Notes under the pieces: model-generated
What the model was told of the DNA's origin: nothing
Databases searched by the model: none
The model's input: the letters and a program-made list of their open reading frames with translations, nothing else
Source: an uncultured Chloroflexia bacterium
GTDB taxonomy: Bacteria; Chloroflexota; Limnocylindria; Limnocylindrales; CSP1-4
NCBI GenBank assembly: GCA_963713975.1
Contig: OY970218.1
Location: 3,328,001-3,392,000, forward strand
Direction of reading: 5' to 3'
Length of the DNA: 64,000 bases
Program-made: the position numbers and the translations under genes
Shown: one piece after another, positions 30,874-42,023 of the stretch
How the letters are laid out: every line of letters begins with the position of its first letter
Position numbering within the stretch: position 1 is the stretch's first letter

Positions 30874-32637
30874 TCAGACGGTGATCAGCTCGCGATGGAC
30901 ACCCCACGCGGACCGCAGGCGGTCGGCGATCTCTCCGACGGTGGCGTAGGCAGCGACCGCCTCGATCATCGCGGGCAGCAGGTTTCCGGTGCCCTGCGCC
31001 TCCTCATCGAGCCGTCGCATGGCGGATGCCCAGGCGGCCGCGTCCCGCTCCGCCCGGACGCGGCGCAGGCTCGCCACCTGTCGCCGCTCCCCCTCCGGGT
31101 CGATGCGCAGCAGCGCGGGACGGCCACCAGGCTCGTCGTCGCGGAACCTGTTGACGCCCACGACGATCCGGTCCGCCCGCTCGATCTCGCGCTGGACGCG
31201 ATAGGCCGACTCCTGGATCTGGCGCTGCTGGAAGCCGCCCTCAATGGCGGCCAGCGTGCCACCCATGGCATCGATCTCGGCCAGGTAGGCGGTGGCCGCG
31301 GCCTCGAGCTGGTCCGTCAGCGACTCGACGAACCAGGATCCGGCCAGGGGATCCGGGGTCTCGGTCACGCCAGCCTCGTGGGCGATGATCTGCTGGGTTC
31401 GCAGCGCCAGCCGGGCGGACTCGACGGTGGGCAGCGCCAGCGCCTCGTCGCGGGAGTTGGTGTGCAGGCTCTGGGTGCCCCCGAGCACGGCGGCGAGCGC
31501 CTGGAGGGTCGTCCGGACCACGTTGTTGTCGATCGACTGGGCGGTCAGCGAGGAACCCGCGGTCTGGGTATGGAACCGGCACATCATCGACTTGGGGTTC
31601 CGGGCCCCAAAGCGCTCCTTCATGATCCTGGCCCACATCCGCCGGGCCGCCCGGAACTTGGCGACCTCCTCGAACAGCTCGGACCAGGCCGCGAAGAAGA
31701 ACGAGAGGCGCGGGGCGATGTCGTCCACCGCGAGCCCTCGGCCCAGGGCAGCCTCGACGTAGGCGATCCCGTCGGCCAGCGTGAACGCCAGCTCCTGGGC
31801 CGCCGTGGCCCCTGCCTCACGCATGTGGTAGCCGGAGATGCTGATGGTGTTCCACCGCGGGAGCTCGCGCGACGCGAACTCGAAGACGTCGGTGACCAGG
31901 CGCATGGACGCCCTCGGCGGATAGATCCATGTCCCCCGGGCGATGTACTCCTTGAGGATGTCGTTCTGGGTCGTGCCCGAGACCAGGCTGCGGGTGACGC
32001 CCTGCTTCTCGGCGGCCGCAACGTACAGCGCGAGCAGGATGGGAGCCGTGGCGTTGATCGTCATCGAGGTGCTGACCGTGCCCAGCGGGATGCCGGCGAA
32101 CAGGACCTCCATGTCGGCCAGCGATGAGACCGGTACCCCCACCCGTCCCACCTCGCCCTCGGCCTCGGGCGCGTCCGAGTCGAACCCCATCTGGGTGGGC
32201 AGGTCGAAGGCGACGGAGAGACCGGTCTGACCCTGCTCCAGCAGGTAGCGGAAGCGCTCGTTGGTCTCGGCGGCCGTCGCGAAGCCCGCGTACTGGCGCA
32301 TCGTCCAGAACCGGGAGCGGTACATCGTCGGTTGCACGCCACGAGTGAACGGGTACTCGCCCGGCAGCCCGAGGTCCACCGCGGGGTCCATGGCCGCGAC
32401 ATCATCGGGCGTGTAGACATCCGAGATGGCGATCTCCGAGGTGGTCGCGAACACGTCCCTGCGCTCCGCCGAGGCGGCAACGGCCCTGGACCGCGTGGTG
32501 GCACGCCAGCGCTCCACGTCAGCGACGTGACCGGACGCCGCCGGATCGCCGCCGCGACCTCCGTCCGGCGGCTGGTTCGCCTCCCCACCACCGGCCTGGC
32601 TCGCGCCGCCCCGTGCTGCCTGCGCCTCCTCGTCCAC
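30874..32637 (-). CDS. mutA: Methylmalonyl-CoA mutase, substrate-binding (large) subunit without B12 domain
   Basis: [49 protein letters not shown]. Confidence 0.93.
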   Translation of the reverse strand: MDEEAQAARGGASQAGGGEANQPPDGGRGGDPAASGHVADVERWRATTRSRAVAASAERRDVFATTSEIAISDVYTPDDVAAMDPAVDLGLPGEYPFTRGVQPTMYRSRFWTMRQYAGFATAAETNERFRYLLEQGQTGLSVAFDLPTQMGFDSDAPEAEGEVGRVGVPVSSLADMEVLFAGIPLGTVSTSMTINATAPILLALYVAAAEKQGVTRSLVSGTTQNDILKEYIARGTWIYPPRASMRLVTDVFEFASRELPRWNTISISGYHMREAGATAAQELAFTLADGIAYVEAALGRGLAVDDIAPRLSFFFAAWSELFEEVAKFRAARRMWARIMKERFGARNPKSMMCRFHTQTAGSSLTAQSIDNNVVRTTLQALAAVLGGTQSLHTNSRDEALALPTVESARLALRTQQIIAHEAGVTETPDPLAGSWFVESLTDQLEAAATAYLAEIDAMGGTLAAIEGGFQQRQIQESAYRVQREIERADRIVVGVNRFRDDEPGGRPALLRIDPEGERRQVASLRRVRAERDAAAWASAMRRLDEEAQGTGNLLPAMIEAVAAYATVGEIADRLRSAWGVHRELITV

Positions 32638-32648
32638 CCAGACCTCCG

Positions 32649-33335
32649 CTAGCTGATGACCACGAGCAGGTCGCCGATCTCGATGTTGACGCCCACGGTG
32701 ACCCCGACGCGGTCGATCGTCCCGTCCCGCGGCGCACGGAGCTCGTTCTGCATCTTCATCGCCTCGACCACCAGGAGCTGCTGGCCCGCCGTGACCGCGT
32801 CGCCGGCCGCGACGGACACCGACACCACCTTACCCGGGATGATGGCCTTGACCTGCAATGGTCCGCTCTGCGCGTTCGACGCACGCCCACGGCCGGCCCG
32901 CTCACGAAGCGCCGCGATCCGCTCGGACTCTACGTCCACGAGGAAGCGGAAACCGTCGACCAGCACCTCGCGAACGCGGACCCCGACAGGCCCCGGCGAT
33001 GAGGGCTCGAGGATCACCCTGGTGGCGTCGCCATCCTCGACCAGCGCGAAGCGGCCCTCGCCCGTGCACCAGACAGCCGCGTCCATGGGCGTGTCGTCCA
33101 CGAGCACCCGTCTTTGCGCAAGGACACTCCCCCGCTCCGCGCCATCCGATTCGATGGCAACGCCACCGAGCGGGCCCGTGCCCACGGTCGGGTTCGTCAT
33201 GCGCAGCGGCTCGGGCGAGGGCCCGATGCGCATCGCCGGCTCGTCCCCGATCCGATTGATCGCGGACAACTGCACGCGCACCGCTCGCGGGTCCACCTGG
33301 GCATGCACGACCTGGTCCGTCGTCAGCTCGGCCAT
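32649..33335 (-). CDS. Biotin carboxyl carrier subunit
   Basis: VEAMKMQNE biotinylation motif. Confidence 0.9.
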   Translation of the reverse strand: MAELTTDQVVHAQVDPRAVRVQLSAINRIGDEPAMRIGPSPEPLRMTNPTVGTGPLGGVAIESDGAERGSVLAQRRVLVDDTPMDAAVWCTGEGRFALVEDGDATRVILEPSSPGPVGVRVREVLVDGFRFLVDVESERIAALRERAGRGRASNAQSGPLQVKAIIPGKVVSVSVAAGDAVTAGQQLLVVEAMKMQNELRAPRDGTIDRVGVTVGVNIEIGDLLVVIS

Positions 33336-34912
33336 CGGTCCGCTCCCCGTATGCGTGCACCCTGTCGCCATCCACTGCCGCCGATCGCTTGACGAGACGC
33401 GGTGCCCGCCGTCGTCCCTGCCGACGTGCCCGCCAAGGTACCCGCCGCCGCCGGTTCCCGGCTGATGGCTTCCAAACCCGTTGCGAGCAATGCGCGGCGA
33501 CGCGCCGCGGACCGGGCCGCGTCCCCTTTCCAGTGCTGCTCAACCCATCCGGTCGACAGGTCGCCGTCGCGGAAGGCCGCGCTCCGCGCGACCTCGCGGT
33601 GGAACGGGACGGTCGTCTGGACACCGCCGATCTCCGTCTCGTCCAGGGCACGGCGCAACCTGTCGATGGCCGCATCGCGGTCATGGGCGTGGACCATCAG
33701 CTTCGCGATCAGGTTGTCGTACTCCGCGGGCACACGATCGCCGGCCTCGATATGCGTATCGACGCGCACGCCCGGACCGGCCGGCATGACCCAGCGTCCG
33801 ACCCGGCCCGGCGTCGGGGCGAAGGCCTGTGCGGGATCCTCGGCCGCGATGCGTACCTCGATCGCGTGGCTCGACGGCGTCGCCGCCCGCTCCCCCGCGG
33901 CGACGACCTCCGCGCTCAACGGCTCCCCGGCCGCGATCCGGAACTGCTCACGGACGATGTCCACCCCGGACACAAGCTCCGTCACGCCGTGCTCCACCTG
34001 GAGTCGTGTGTTGACCTCCAGGAACCAGAAGTTGCCTTCCGGGTCATGCAGGAACTCGCAGGTCGCCGCATTGCGGAGTCCCGCCGCCTCGCCCAGCCGG
34101 ATGGCCAGGCCGTGCAGATGACGACGCTGGCCCTCGCTCAACCCGGGCGCCGGGGCCTCCTCCACGAGCTTCTGGTGGCGACGCTGGAGCGAGCAGTCGC
34201 GCTCCCCGAGCGCGACGACACGACCCTGCGCGTCGGCGAGCAGCTGGACCTCGATGTGGCGCGCGGGCAGGATCTCGCGCTCCAGGTAGACGGAACCATC
34301 GCCAAATGCGGACGCCGCCTCGCTGGATCCGGAGACGAGCGCCGCAGCCAGGTCCTGCTCGCGGGTGACGCGTCGCATTCCCCGGCCACCACCCCCCGCG
34401 GCTGCCTTGACGAGCAACGGGAATCCGATCTCGCGTGCCGTGGCAAGGATCTGCGCCACTTGATCCGGGTGGTCCACCGGCGCGGGCTCCAGGGTCCCCG
34501 GCACCGACGGCACACCGACCTGCGCGGCGAGCCGGCGCGCATTGAGCTTGTCGCCCAATGCCTCGATCGCATCCGATGCCGGTCCCACGAACACGATGCC
34601 GGCATCCTCCGCGGCCCGCGCAAACGCGGCCCGCTCGGCGAGGAACCCGTAGCCCGGGTGGATCGCCTCTGCTCCGGTCGAGCGCGCCGCGTCGATCACG
34701 GCGTCGATCCGGAGGTAGCTCTCGGACGGGGCGGACGGCCCGATGTGGACGGCCTGGTCGGCAAGTCGGACGTGGGCGGCACCGACGTCGGCGTCGCTGT
34801 AGACGGCGACGGCCTCCATCCCCATCTCGTGGCAGGCCCTGATGATCCGGACCGCGATCTCGCCGCGATTTGCGATCAGTACGCGCCGGAACGGCGCCGC
34901 CTGGGTCGTCAT
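33323..34912 (-). CDS. accC: Biotin carboxylase subunit (acetyl/propionyl-CoA carboxylase)
   Basis: ANRGEIA, HPGYGFL, GGGGRG, ERDCSLQRRHQK, EVNTRLQVEH. Confidence 0.94.
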   Translation of the reverse strand: MTTQAAPFRRVLIANRGEIAVRIIRACHEMGMEAVAVYSDADVGAAHVRLADQAVHIGPSAPSESYLRIDAVIDAARSTGAEAIHPGYGFLAERAAFARAAEDAGIVFVGPASDAIEALGDKLNARRLAAQVGVPSVPGTLEPAPVDHPDQVAQILATAREIGFPLLVKAAAGGGGRGMRRVTREQDLAAALVSGSSEAASAFGDGSVYLEREILPARHIEVQLLADAQGRVVALGERDCSLQRRHQKLVEEAPAPGLSEGQRRHLHGLAIRLGEAAGLRNAATCEFLHDPEGNFWFLEVNTRLQVEHGVTELVSGVDIVREQFRIAAGEPLSAEVVAAGERAATPSSHAIEVRIAAEDPAQAFAPTPGRVGRWVMPAGPGVRVDTHIEAGDRVPAEYDNLIAKLMVHAHDRDAAIDRLRRALDETEIGGVQTTVPFHREVARSAAFRDGDLSTGWVEQHWKGDAARSAARRRALLATGLEAISREPAAAGTLAGTSAGTTAGTASRQAIGGSGWRQGARIRGADRWPS

Positions 34913-34960
34913 CGGGTGCTCCCCGGTCGGTTGTCTGTGCGCAAAGACACTGGCGGAGGG

Positions 34961-36565
34961 TCAGAGCGGAATGTTGCCATGCTTCTTCCGCGGGTTGGTG
35001 TCGCGCTTGTCCGCAAGAACCTCCAGCGAGCGGATCAGCCTCGGCCGTGTCTCGCGCGGGAGGATGACTTCGTCGATGTAGCCCCGGGCTGCAGCGATGT
35101 ACGGATTGGAGAACTCCTTCTCGTACTGGCTCACGAGCCGGCGATGTTCGGCGGCGCCATCCTCGGCATGCGCGATCGCGTCCTTGAAGATGATGTTCAC
35201 CGCCCCCGCGGCCCCCATCACCGCGATCTCCGCGGTTGGCCAGGCGAAGTTCATGTCACCCCGGATGTGCTTGCTGCTCATCACGTCGTAGGCACCCCCG
35301 TAGGCCTTGCGTGTGATCACGGTGACCTTGGGGACGGTCGCCTCGCAATAGGCGTATAGGAGCTTCGCGCCATGCTTGATGATCCCGCCATGCTCCTGGG
35401 CGACGCCGGGCAGGAAGCCCGGGACGTCGACGAAGGTCACCAGTGGCACGTTGAACGCATCGCAGGTTCGCACGAACCGCGCCGCCTTCACCGACGCGTC
35501 GATGTCGAGCGCGCCCGCAAGCACCGCGGGCTGCTGGGCGACGATCCCCACAGGCCGGCCCCCGAGTCGCGCGAACCCGATGAGAATGTTTCCCGCCCAC
35601 GCAGGCTGGAGCTCGAAGAACTCGCCGTCGTCGACGATCCGGTTCAGGACGTCGTGCATGTCGTAGGGGGTGTGTGGCTCGTCCGGGACGATGCCGTCCA
35701 GCTCCGGTGCCATGCGGTCCGACGGATCCGTTGTGGAGGTGACCGGCGGATCGGCAAGGTTGTTCTGCGGCAGGTGGGCCAGCAGGCGCTTGACGTGGTC
35801 CATCGCCTCGGCCTCGTCGCGGGCCGCGAGGTGCGCCACGCCGCTCCGGCCGGTGTGGACGCCCGCACCGCCGAGGGCCTCGGCGTCGACCTCCTCGTGG
35901 GTCACGGCCTTCACCACGTTGGGACCGGTGACGAACATGTAGCTCGTCCCCTCCACCATCACGGTGAAGTCGGTCATCGCCGGCGAGTACACGGCACCGC
36001 CCGCGCATGGACCAAGGATCACCGAGATCTGGGGGACGACGCCGGAGGCAAGCACGTTGCGGAGGAAGATCTCCGCGTAGCCGCCGAGCGAGGCAACGCC
36101 CTCCTGGATGCGGGCCCCACCCAAATCGTTGAGCCCGACCACCGGCGCACCGACCTTCATCGCCAGGTCCATGATCTTGCAGATCTTCTCCGCGTACGCC
36201 TCGGACAGGGATCCGCCGAAGACGGTGAAGTCCTGCGAGAACACAAACACCAGGCGGCCATCGATCGTGCCGTGCCCGGTCACGACACCATCGCCGAGGA
36301 AGTGCTGACGGTCGAGGCCGAACTCGGTCGCACGGTGGGTGACGAAGGCGTCCATCTCCACGAACGAGCCCGGGTCCAGCAAGAGGTCGAGGCGCTCCCG
36401 TGCGGTCAGCTTGCCCCACGCATGCTGGCGCTCGATCCGCACCGGACCACCGCCCAGGAGGGCTTCCGCGCGCATCTGCTCCAGACGGGCGATCCGTTCC
36501 GCATTCTTGGACACGTCCAGTGCTCCCTCCGGGATCCCGGGCTGGCTGTCGTTGCGCAAAGACAT
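34961..36565 (-). CDS. pccB: Propionyl/acyl-CoA carboxylase carboxyltransferase beta subunit
   Basis: [53 protein letters not shown]. Confidence 0.93.
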   Translation of the reverse strand: MSLRNDSQPGIPEGALDVSKNAERIARLEQMRAEALLGGGPVRIERQHAWGKLTARERLDLLLDPGSFVEMDAFVTHRATEFGLDRQHFLGDGVVTGHGTIDGRLVFVFSQDFTVFGGSLSEAYAEKICKIMDLAMKVGAPVVGLNDLGGARIQEGVASLGGYAEIFLRNVLASGVVPQISVILGPCAGGAVYSPAMTDFTVMVEGTSYMFVTGPNVVKAVTHEEVDAEALGGAGVHTGRSGVAHLAARDEAEAMDHVKRLLAHLPQNNLADPPVTSTTDPSDRMAPELDGIVPDEPHTPYDMHDVLNRIVDDGEFFELQPAWAGNILIGFARLGGRPVGIVAQQPAVLAGALDIDASVKAARFVRTCDAFNVPLVTFVDVPGFLPGVAQEHGGIIKHGAKLLYAYCEATVPKVTVITRKAYGGAYDVMSSKHIRGDMNFAWPTAEIAVMGAAGAVNIIFKDAIAHAEDGAAEHRRLVSQYEKEFSNPYIAAARGYIDEVILPRETRPRLIRSLEVLADKRDTNPRKKHGNIPL

Positions 36566-36735
36566 CGGGTTGTCCCCATCATAGGCGGGACGACCACCGC
36601 CCTTGTGGGCCGGTCGGCAGGGCCAGTCCTCGGGATCCGGACGCGCGGTGGCTGCAGCGCTCCCGGTTTCCGGTTTGTGATCGCCGGGTTGCGGGTTCGA
36701 TATGGGTGTTGCGGTAGCACGCCGGCCCCGGCTGG

Positions 36736-36777
36736 ATATCCACAATACGGTGCACAACTCGGCCCTGGTGTGGACAA
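36736..36777. promoter_or_regulatory. Two DnaA-box-like 9-mers in the pccB/parA intergenic region
   Basis: ATATCCACA (36736-36744) and revcomp TTGTCCACA (36769-36777). Confidence 0.55.
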
Positions 36778-36869
36778 CACGCTCCGCCATCCGGCGCGGC
36801 GCTGTAGCATTCGCCGAGTCTCGTCGTCACATCCGGCCCCGCGGGCCGTTCGCTTCCGAGGTGGTGCCC

Positions 36870-37640
36870 TTGACCCACGTGATCGCGATTGCCAACCAGA
36901 AGGGTGGCGTCGGCAAGACCACGACTGCGATCAATCTCGCCGGCGCGCTCACCGAGCACGGCCTCCGCGTGCTGCTCATTGACATGGATCCACAGGCAAA
37001 CCTGACGGCCGGCGTGGGCATCAACCTCAATACCGTGGAGCGGTCCATGGCTGACGTCCTGGCCGACGGCCGGTGCACGCTCGCCGAGGCCGTGCTCCCT
37101 ACGGAGACCGCCGGCATCGACGTCGCCCCCGCGCACATCGACCTCGCCAGCACGGAAGGCGAGTTGTTCACGGCGCTGGGTCGTGAGGGGATCCTGCGCG
37201 ATGCGATGAGCGAGGCGATCGGGGATTACGACTACGTGCTCATCGACTGCCCGCCGAACCTCGGGCTGCTGACGGTGAACGGCCTCGTCGCCGCGAACAG
37301 CGTGATCATCCCGGTGCAGACGCAGTTCTACGCGATGAAGGGCCTCAACAACCTGGTCAAGGTCATCAATGCGATCCGGCTCAAGCTCAACCGGGACCTC
37401 CGTATCCTCGGGCTGCTGCCCACGTTCTACGACGGCCGCACCAACCTCGCGAAGGACATGCTCGACGAGCTGCGCGTCGTCGGCGATCACCACGTCTTCC
37501 GCACCATCATCCGGAACACCGTGAAGCTAGGCGAGGCGCCCCTCGTCGGACGGCCGATCACGTCGTACGCGAGTTCGTCCGACGCCGCCGCCCGGTACCG
37601 CGAGCTCGCCCGGGAGGTGATCGAACTTGGCCAGGACTGA
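36870..37640 (+). CDS. parA: ParA/Soj ATPase
   Basis: [26 protein letters not shown]. Confidence 0.94.
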   Translation: MTHVIAIANQKGGVGKTTTAINLAGALTEHGLRVLLIDMDPQANLTAGVGINLNTVERSMADVLADGRCTLAEAVLPTETAGIDVAPAHIDLASTEGELFTALGREGILRDAMSEAIGDYDYVLIDCPPNLGLLTVNGLVAANSVIIPVQTQFYAMKGLNNLVKVINAIRLKLNRDLRILGLLPTFYDGRTNLAKDMLDELRVVGDHHVFRTIIRNTVKLGEAPLVGRPITSYASSSDAAARYRELAREVIELGQD

Positions 37641-38637
37641 CTTCCGAGCGGCAGCCGCCCGCCGCCTCTCCGAGGAGCGCGAGCTCCCGCCCGCGATCGT
37701 CAGCCTCCTCTCACCGGAGACGACGCATCGCTCGACCGGCGTCAAGGTCGTGCCCCTCGATCGTGTCGAATCGAACCCCGAGCAGCCGCGGCTGGCCTTC
37801 GACGAGGAGACGCTCAAGGAGCTGGCCGCCAGCATTCGCGAGCACGGGGTGCTCCAGCCGATCCTCGTGCGGCCCATTGGCGAGAACCATTTCCAGCTGA
37901 TCGCGGGCGAGCGTCGCTGGCGAGCGTCCAAGCTGGCCGGCATGATCACGATCCCCGCCCTCGTTGAGGACATCGACGACGAGACTGCCCTCGAGATCTC
38001 GATCATCGAGAACCTCCAGCGCGAGGACATCTCGCCGCTCGACGAGGCGGCGATGTACGACCGGATGATCCGGGACCACGGGTACAGCATCCGCAAGCTC
38101 GCCGAGAAGCTGGGCAAGGACAAGGGGTACCTGGAGAACCGCCTCCGGCTGGCCGACGCCCCGCCCGAGGTCCGGGAGCTCGTGTCTTTGCGCAAGGACA
38201 CCCTCTCGCACGCTTATGAGCTCATGAAAGTGACCGACCCCCGGAAGCGCAAGAAGCTTGCCGACCAGGTCGCCCGCAACGAGCTGTCGCTGGTCAAGCT
38301 CCGCGAGCGGATCGAGGGACGACCGGCCCGCCAGGCCCCCGATCCCGAAGGCGAGGAGCTGGAAGCGCCGGTGGCGGAACCCGAGCCCGAGGTGGCCGCC
38401 GAGGGCTGGACCGATCACACCGGCGGCCCCGAGCCCATCCGCGACGACACCCTGGTGACCGCCAAGCAGCAGCTCAACACCGCGGTCGAGGACCTGCTGG
38501 ACGTCCTCCGCAACCCGGAGGTCCTCGCGGCGATCGGCTCGACCGACCGGACCAACCTCGCCAAGTACCTGACGATCGCCAAGCTCAGGCTGGAGAACGC
38601 GATCGCGGTCGTGCGCACCGGAGACTCCGACCGCTAG
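37627..38637 (+). CDS. parB: ParB/Spo0J partition protein
   Basis: [34 protein letters not shown]. Confidence 0.93.
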   Translation: MARTDFRAAAARRLSEERELPPAIVSLLSPETTHRSTGVKVVPLDRVESNPEQPRLAFDEETLKELAASIREHGVLQPILVRPIGENHFQLIAGERRWRASKLAGMITIPALVEDIDDETALEISIIENLQREDISPLDEAAMYDRMIRDHGYSIRKLAEKLGKDKGYLENRLRLADAPPEVRELVSLRKDTLSHAYELMKVTDPRKRKKLADQVARNELSLVKLRERIEGRPARQAPDPEGEELEAPVAEPEPEVAAEGWTDHTGGPEPIRDDTLVTAKQQLNTAVEDLLDVLRNPEVLAAIGSTDRTNLAKYLTIAKLRLENAIAVVRTGDSDR

Positions 38638-38662
38638 GCCTCCCCTCCCCGACCCACAAATA

Positions 38663-38692
38663 GAAGCCGGCGCCATGATTGGCGCCGGCTTC
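38663..38692. terminator. Strong hairpin (13-bp stem), likely terminator
   Basis: GAAGCCGGCGCCA-TGAT-TGGCGCCGGCTTC; followed by TATTT on the minus strand. Confidence 0.7.
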
Positions 38693-38890
38693 ATAAGTCC
38701 TGCCGCCCAACTGGGCAAGGGCGGTGGCGATGGGATCAACTGGTGGTCGCCGGTGCGGGTCCCCTGGGTCACATCGGGGGCCCCGTCGGCCTCGACGAAG
38801 GAGGCAATCGTACCGGCGGTTTGGGTGGACCGCGAGAGGTACTTCCGTTCCGGAGCGGCCGGGACCTTGGGTGGTTCGCCGGCGCACCGG

Positions 38891-39820
38891 TCAGCTCGCG
38901 GGCGACCCGACCGTGGCGCTCAGGGCACCCAGCCAAGCCACGGCCAGCAGGCCCGTCCCGACTGCCTGGACGTCCCACGAGAGCTCCCGGAGGCCCGTGA
39001 TCCCGCGCCTCGCGGCCAGGAGTCCCATCACCGCCCCTCCGATTGGCGCCATGGTCGCGAGCAGCACGGCACCAACCCATCCTGTCGGAGCCCCGAGTGC
39101 AACCGACGTGCCCACGGCGAGCACGGCGACGACCACCTGAAGGGCGAGCACGAGGCGCGAGGCCCGGGCCCAGCCCAGGGCCAGCGCGATCGACCGCTGC
39201 CCGGCGGCGCGATCGCGCTCCATGTCCACCAGGGAGTTGGCAAGGGCAAGTGCGGTTCCCGCGTTGGCCGCTGCTGGGATCAGGACCAGGAACAGGCCCG
39301 GCAGCTCACCGGTTGCCCCGTACCAGCCATAGACGGGAAGGAGCGGGATCCCGGTCGCGAGCGGCAGCCAGGAGAGCGTGGTGCCCTTCGCCCAGAGGTC
39401 GTAGGCGATGCCGATGGCGAGGCCGACGACGGCCAGCAGCAGGGCACCCGGGCCGCCCACGAGCGAGAGCAGGAGCCCTGCCGACCCGGCCACGACGGCC
39501 GCGAGCCTCGCCTGGGTGACCGACACCAGGCCGTCCGGGATGGGTTTGCCAGCCTTGAGGCCCGCGTCGGTCGAGGCGTCCACGAGATCGTTGACGATGC
39601 CGATCGTGAACTGGAGCAGGGTCATCGAGAGGCCGAGCGCCGCCGCGATCGGCAGACCGCCACCGGCCACGAGGGCCACCAGGGCGACGACGGCGCCATC
39701 GAGCAGCGACGGGAACGGGTGAACGAGGCGGGCGACCGTCAGGAGCCGGGCAGCGGATGAGACGAGTGCCGCGGGTCGGTACGCCACCGGTCCGGGTACC
39801 TCCGGCTCGGAGGTCGCCAC
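38891..39820 (-). CDS. UbiA-family prenyltransferase
   Basis: NDLVDASTD...KPIPDG and NSLVDMERD Asp motifs; multiple TM segments. Confidence 0.85.
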   Translation of the reverse strand: MATSEPEVPGPVAYRPAALVSSAARLLTVARLVHPFPSLLDGAVVALVALVAGGGLPIAAALGLSMTLLQFTIGIVNDLVDASTDAGLKAGKPIPDGLVSVTQARLAAVVAGSAGLLLSLVGGPGALLLAVVGLAIGIAYDLWAKGTTLSWLPLATGIPLLPVYGWYGATGELPGLFLVLIPAAANAGTALALANSLVDMERDRAAGQRSIALALGWARASRLVLALQVVVAVLAVGTSVALGAPTGWVGAVLLATMAPIGGAVMGLLAARRGITGLRELSWDVQAVGTGLLAVAWLGALSATVGSPAS

Positions 39821-39872
39821 GGCGAGCGGCGCCGCTGCGGGGCCTGTGGCGGGGCCCGGCGTGGCCGGATCG

Positions 39873-40238
39873 TCAGACGTAGACGATCTCGTCGAAACAG
39901 GCCACGAGATACTCGATCAGCCGCTCCCGACCGTCTGGCGTCTGCGACCGGACACCGGGCACCAGCGCCCAGAGTGCGACAGCGGGGACCATCAGCCGCC
40001 CCTCGGCGTCGCGTCCCACCGTGGCAGGCGGGCCGCCACCAAAAGCGAACACGCGTTCGAATTCCTGTTCCGTGAGCCCTGTGGCGCGGCGGAAGTCCTC
40101 CACGACGCGCACGACACCGCGACGGATCGCGACGTCCCGCATCATCTCGGCGGCCCAGGAATCGATCTGGCCGTCGGGCTGCTCCGCGAGGCGCGCGCGG
40201 TACTCGGTGGTGTCGACTGAGAGGCCTGTCGCTCCCAC
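39873..40238 (-). CDS. Hypothetical protein
   Basis: Intact ORF with GGAG SD inside the HAD-PlsC-UbiA operon. Confidence 0.7.
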   Translation of the reverse strand: MGATGLSVDTTEYRARLAEQPDGQIDSWAAEMMRDVAIRRGVVRVVEDFRRATGLTEQEFERVFAFGGGPPATVGRDAEGRLMVPAVALWALVPGVRSQTPDGRERLIEYLVACFDEIVYV

Positions 40239-40288
40239 GGGTTCTCCATGCGTTCGATGGTCACCCAGCAGGATGCCACAAGCCGGGG

Positions 40289-41065
40289 TCAGCCGGGACC
40301 CGCGCCAGCCTCGTCGCGGTTGCGTGCCAGGTCGGCGGCGTCACCCTGGCCGTGTGCCGGGCGGCTCCCCTCGGGCCAGTCGTTGAACAGCTCGGTGAGC
40401 CAGCGCCCGAAGCGGCCGGGCTCCTCGCGATCCGGGAAGTCGGCCACCATCGCCAGCAGCGCGTCACTTGTCCGCTTCGTGAGGACGTCGACGGCGCCCC
40501 GCGTCGGGCGTCCCTCGGCCGGCAGCGGCTCACCCACGCGCACCCGGATGCGACGCCCGAAGCCGAGCCAGCTGGTGCCGTTGACGGCGATCGGGATGAT
40601 CGGGACGCCGGCGCGCAGGGCGAAGTACGCGGTCCCGTCCATGAGCGGCATCAGCTCCCGCTCGCCGCGGTGGATCCTCCCCTCCCCCGCGATCACGATG
40701 ACCCATCCGTCGTCCAGCACGCGCTGGACCCGCCGCGTCGTGTCGATCAGGTCCGTCTTCGCGGGCCTGTACGGGATCCCGAACCCGGCCCAGGAGATGA
40801 GCCGGTTGCGGGCACCCGACGTCATGTCGGCCTCCTTCGGTCCGAACATCGCGAGCATCGGGGCGGCCGGGAGGACGGCCAGCAGGATCAGGGGGTCGGT
40901 CCAGTTGAGGTGGTTGAAGCAGTAGATCGCCGGACCCTGTGCACAGTGATCACGCCCCTCGACGCGGAGGCGGAACAGGGCTCGCACGATAACGACGCAG
41001 AACCACCTGACCAGGCGGACTCGGGCGGGCCGGTGGACGGGGCCGACCAGGCTGGGCGTCGTCAC
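40289..41065 (-). CDS. Lysophospholipid acyltransferase (PlsC-like)
   Basis: NHLNWTD (HX4D), AGEGR, VPIIPIAV. Confidence 0.88.
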   Translation of the reverse strand: MTTPSLVGPVHRPARVRLVRWFCVVIVRALFRLRVEGRDHCAQGPAIYCFNHLNWTDPLILLAVLPAAPMLAMFGPKEADMTSGARNRLISWAGFGIPYRPAKTDLIDTTRRVQRVLDDGWVIVIAGEGRIHRGERELMPLMDGTAYFALRAGVPIIPIAVNGTSWLGFGRRIRVRVGEPLPAEGRPTRGAVDVLTKRTSDALLAMVADFPDREEPGRFGRWLTELFNDWPEGSRPAHGQGDAADLARNRDEAGAGPG

Positions 41066-41162
41066 CCGCCGAGTATGCGCCGCGATGAGCGGGACCGAAG
41101 CGGCGAACCGGCGCCCAACGGAGAGGCGAGGAGCCTTCGTACGCCGGCGCGAAGCGCCGCGG

Positions 41163-41873
41163 TCAGTCAGGCAGCGCGTCCGGATCCAGGTCGGCGAGGC
41201 TCGGGACGACTGCGTCGGCAAGCTCGCGCGCATTCCCGGCCGGCGGGACGCTGGGATTCGGCACCAGGACGACCGTCATTCCGGCGGCCTTGCCTGCCCG
41301 GACCCCGTTCACCGAATCCTCCACGACCAGGCAGCGACGCGGATCCACGCCCAGCCGCGACGCCGCGAGGAGGTACACATCGGGTGCCGGCTTGCCACGG
41401 GCCACCTCGTCCGAGGAGACGATGGCACCCATGGTGTCGTGGAGGCCGAGCGCATCGACGGCGGCGGCGATCACGTCCCGGTGCGACGACGAGGCGATCG
41501 CCACCGGCCAGCCCAGCGCGATCCGTCGGACCTGCGCCGGGGCGTCGTCGATCACGGGGGCTGGCCGCGCGGCATAGCAGCCGACCACGCCCGCCACGAT
41601 CGCGTGCTGGATCTCGTCCTCGGCCAGCTCGTCGAGGCCCAGGCGCTGCCGCATGGTCCGCGCCCATTCGCGCGAGTTGCCGCCCATCACGGAGGCCTGG
41701 TCGTCGTCCGTCCACGGTCGCCGGTGCTCCCTGGCGAAGGTGATGCGCACCTCGTTCCACCACGGCTCGCTGTCGACCAGCACGCCGTCCATGTCGAACA
41801 GCACGGCATCGAAGCGACGATGGCCCATGTGACCTCCGGGGAACCGGCCAGCTTCCGTGACCGGGTGGGACAC
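41163..41873 (-). CDS. HAD-family phosphatase
   Basis: FDMDGVLVDSE, ASSS, GKPAPD, VEDS..G. Confidence 0.92.
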   Translation of the reverse strand: MSHPVTEAGRFPGGHMGHRRFDAVLFDMDGVLVDSEPWWNEVRITFAREHRRPWTDDDQASVMGGNSREWARTMRQRLGLDELAEDEIQHAIVAGVVGCYAARPAPVIDDAPAQVRRIALGWPVAIASSSHRDVIAAAVDALGLHDTMGAIVSSDEVARGKPAPDVYLLAASRLGVDPRRCLVVEDSVNGVRAGKAAGMTVVLVPNPSVPPAGNARELADAVVPSLADLDPDALPD

Positions 41874-42023
41874 AGGCTAGCGAATCCGGACTGCCCGGGC
41901 CGCACGGGCCGCCTGGTGTGACTTCAGGGCGCCAGACGTGACACGAACGTTGAAGTCTCGCGTCAGTAGGGGTTTACCGAACGCACCACTCGGGACCTCT
42001 GTGCCATCCGACCTGACACTCGG

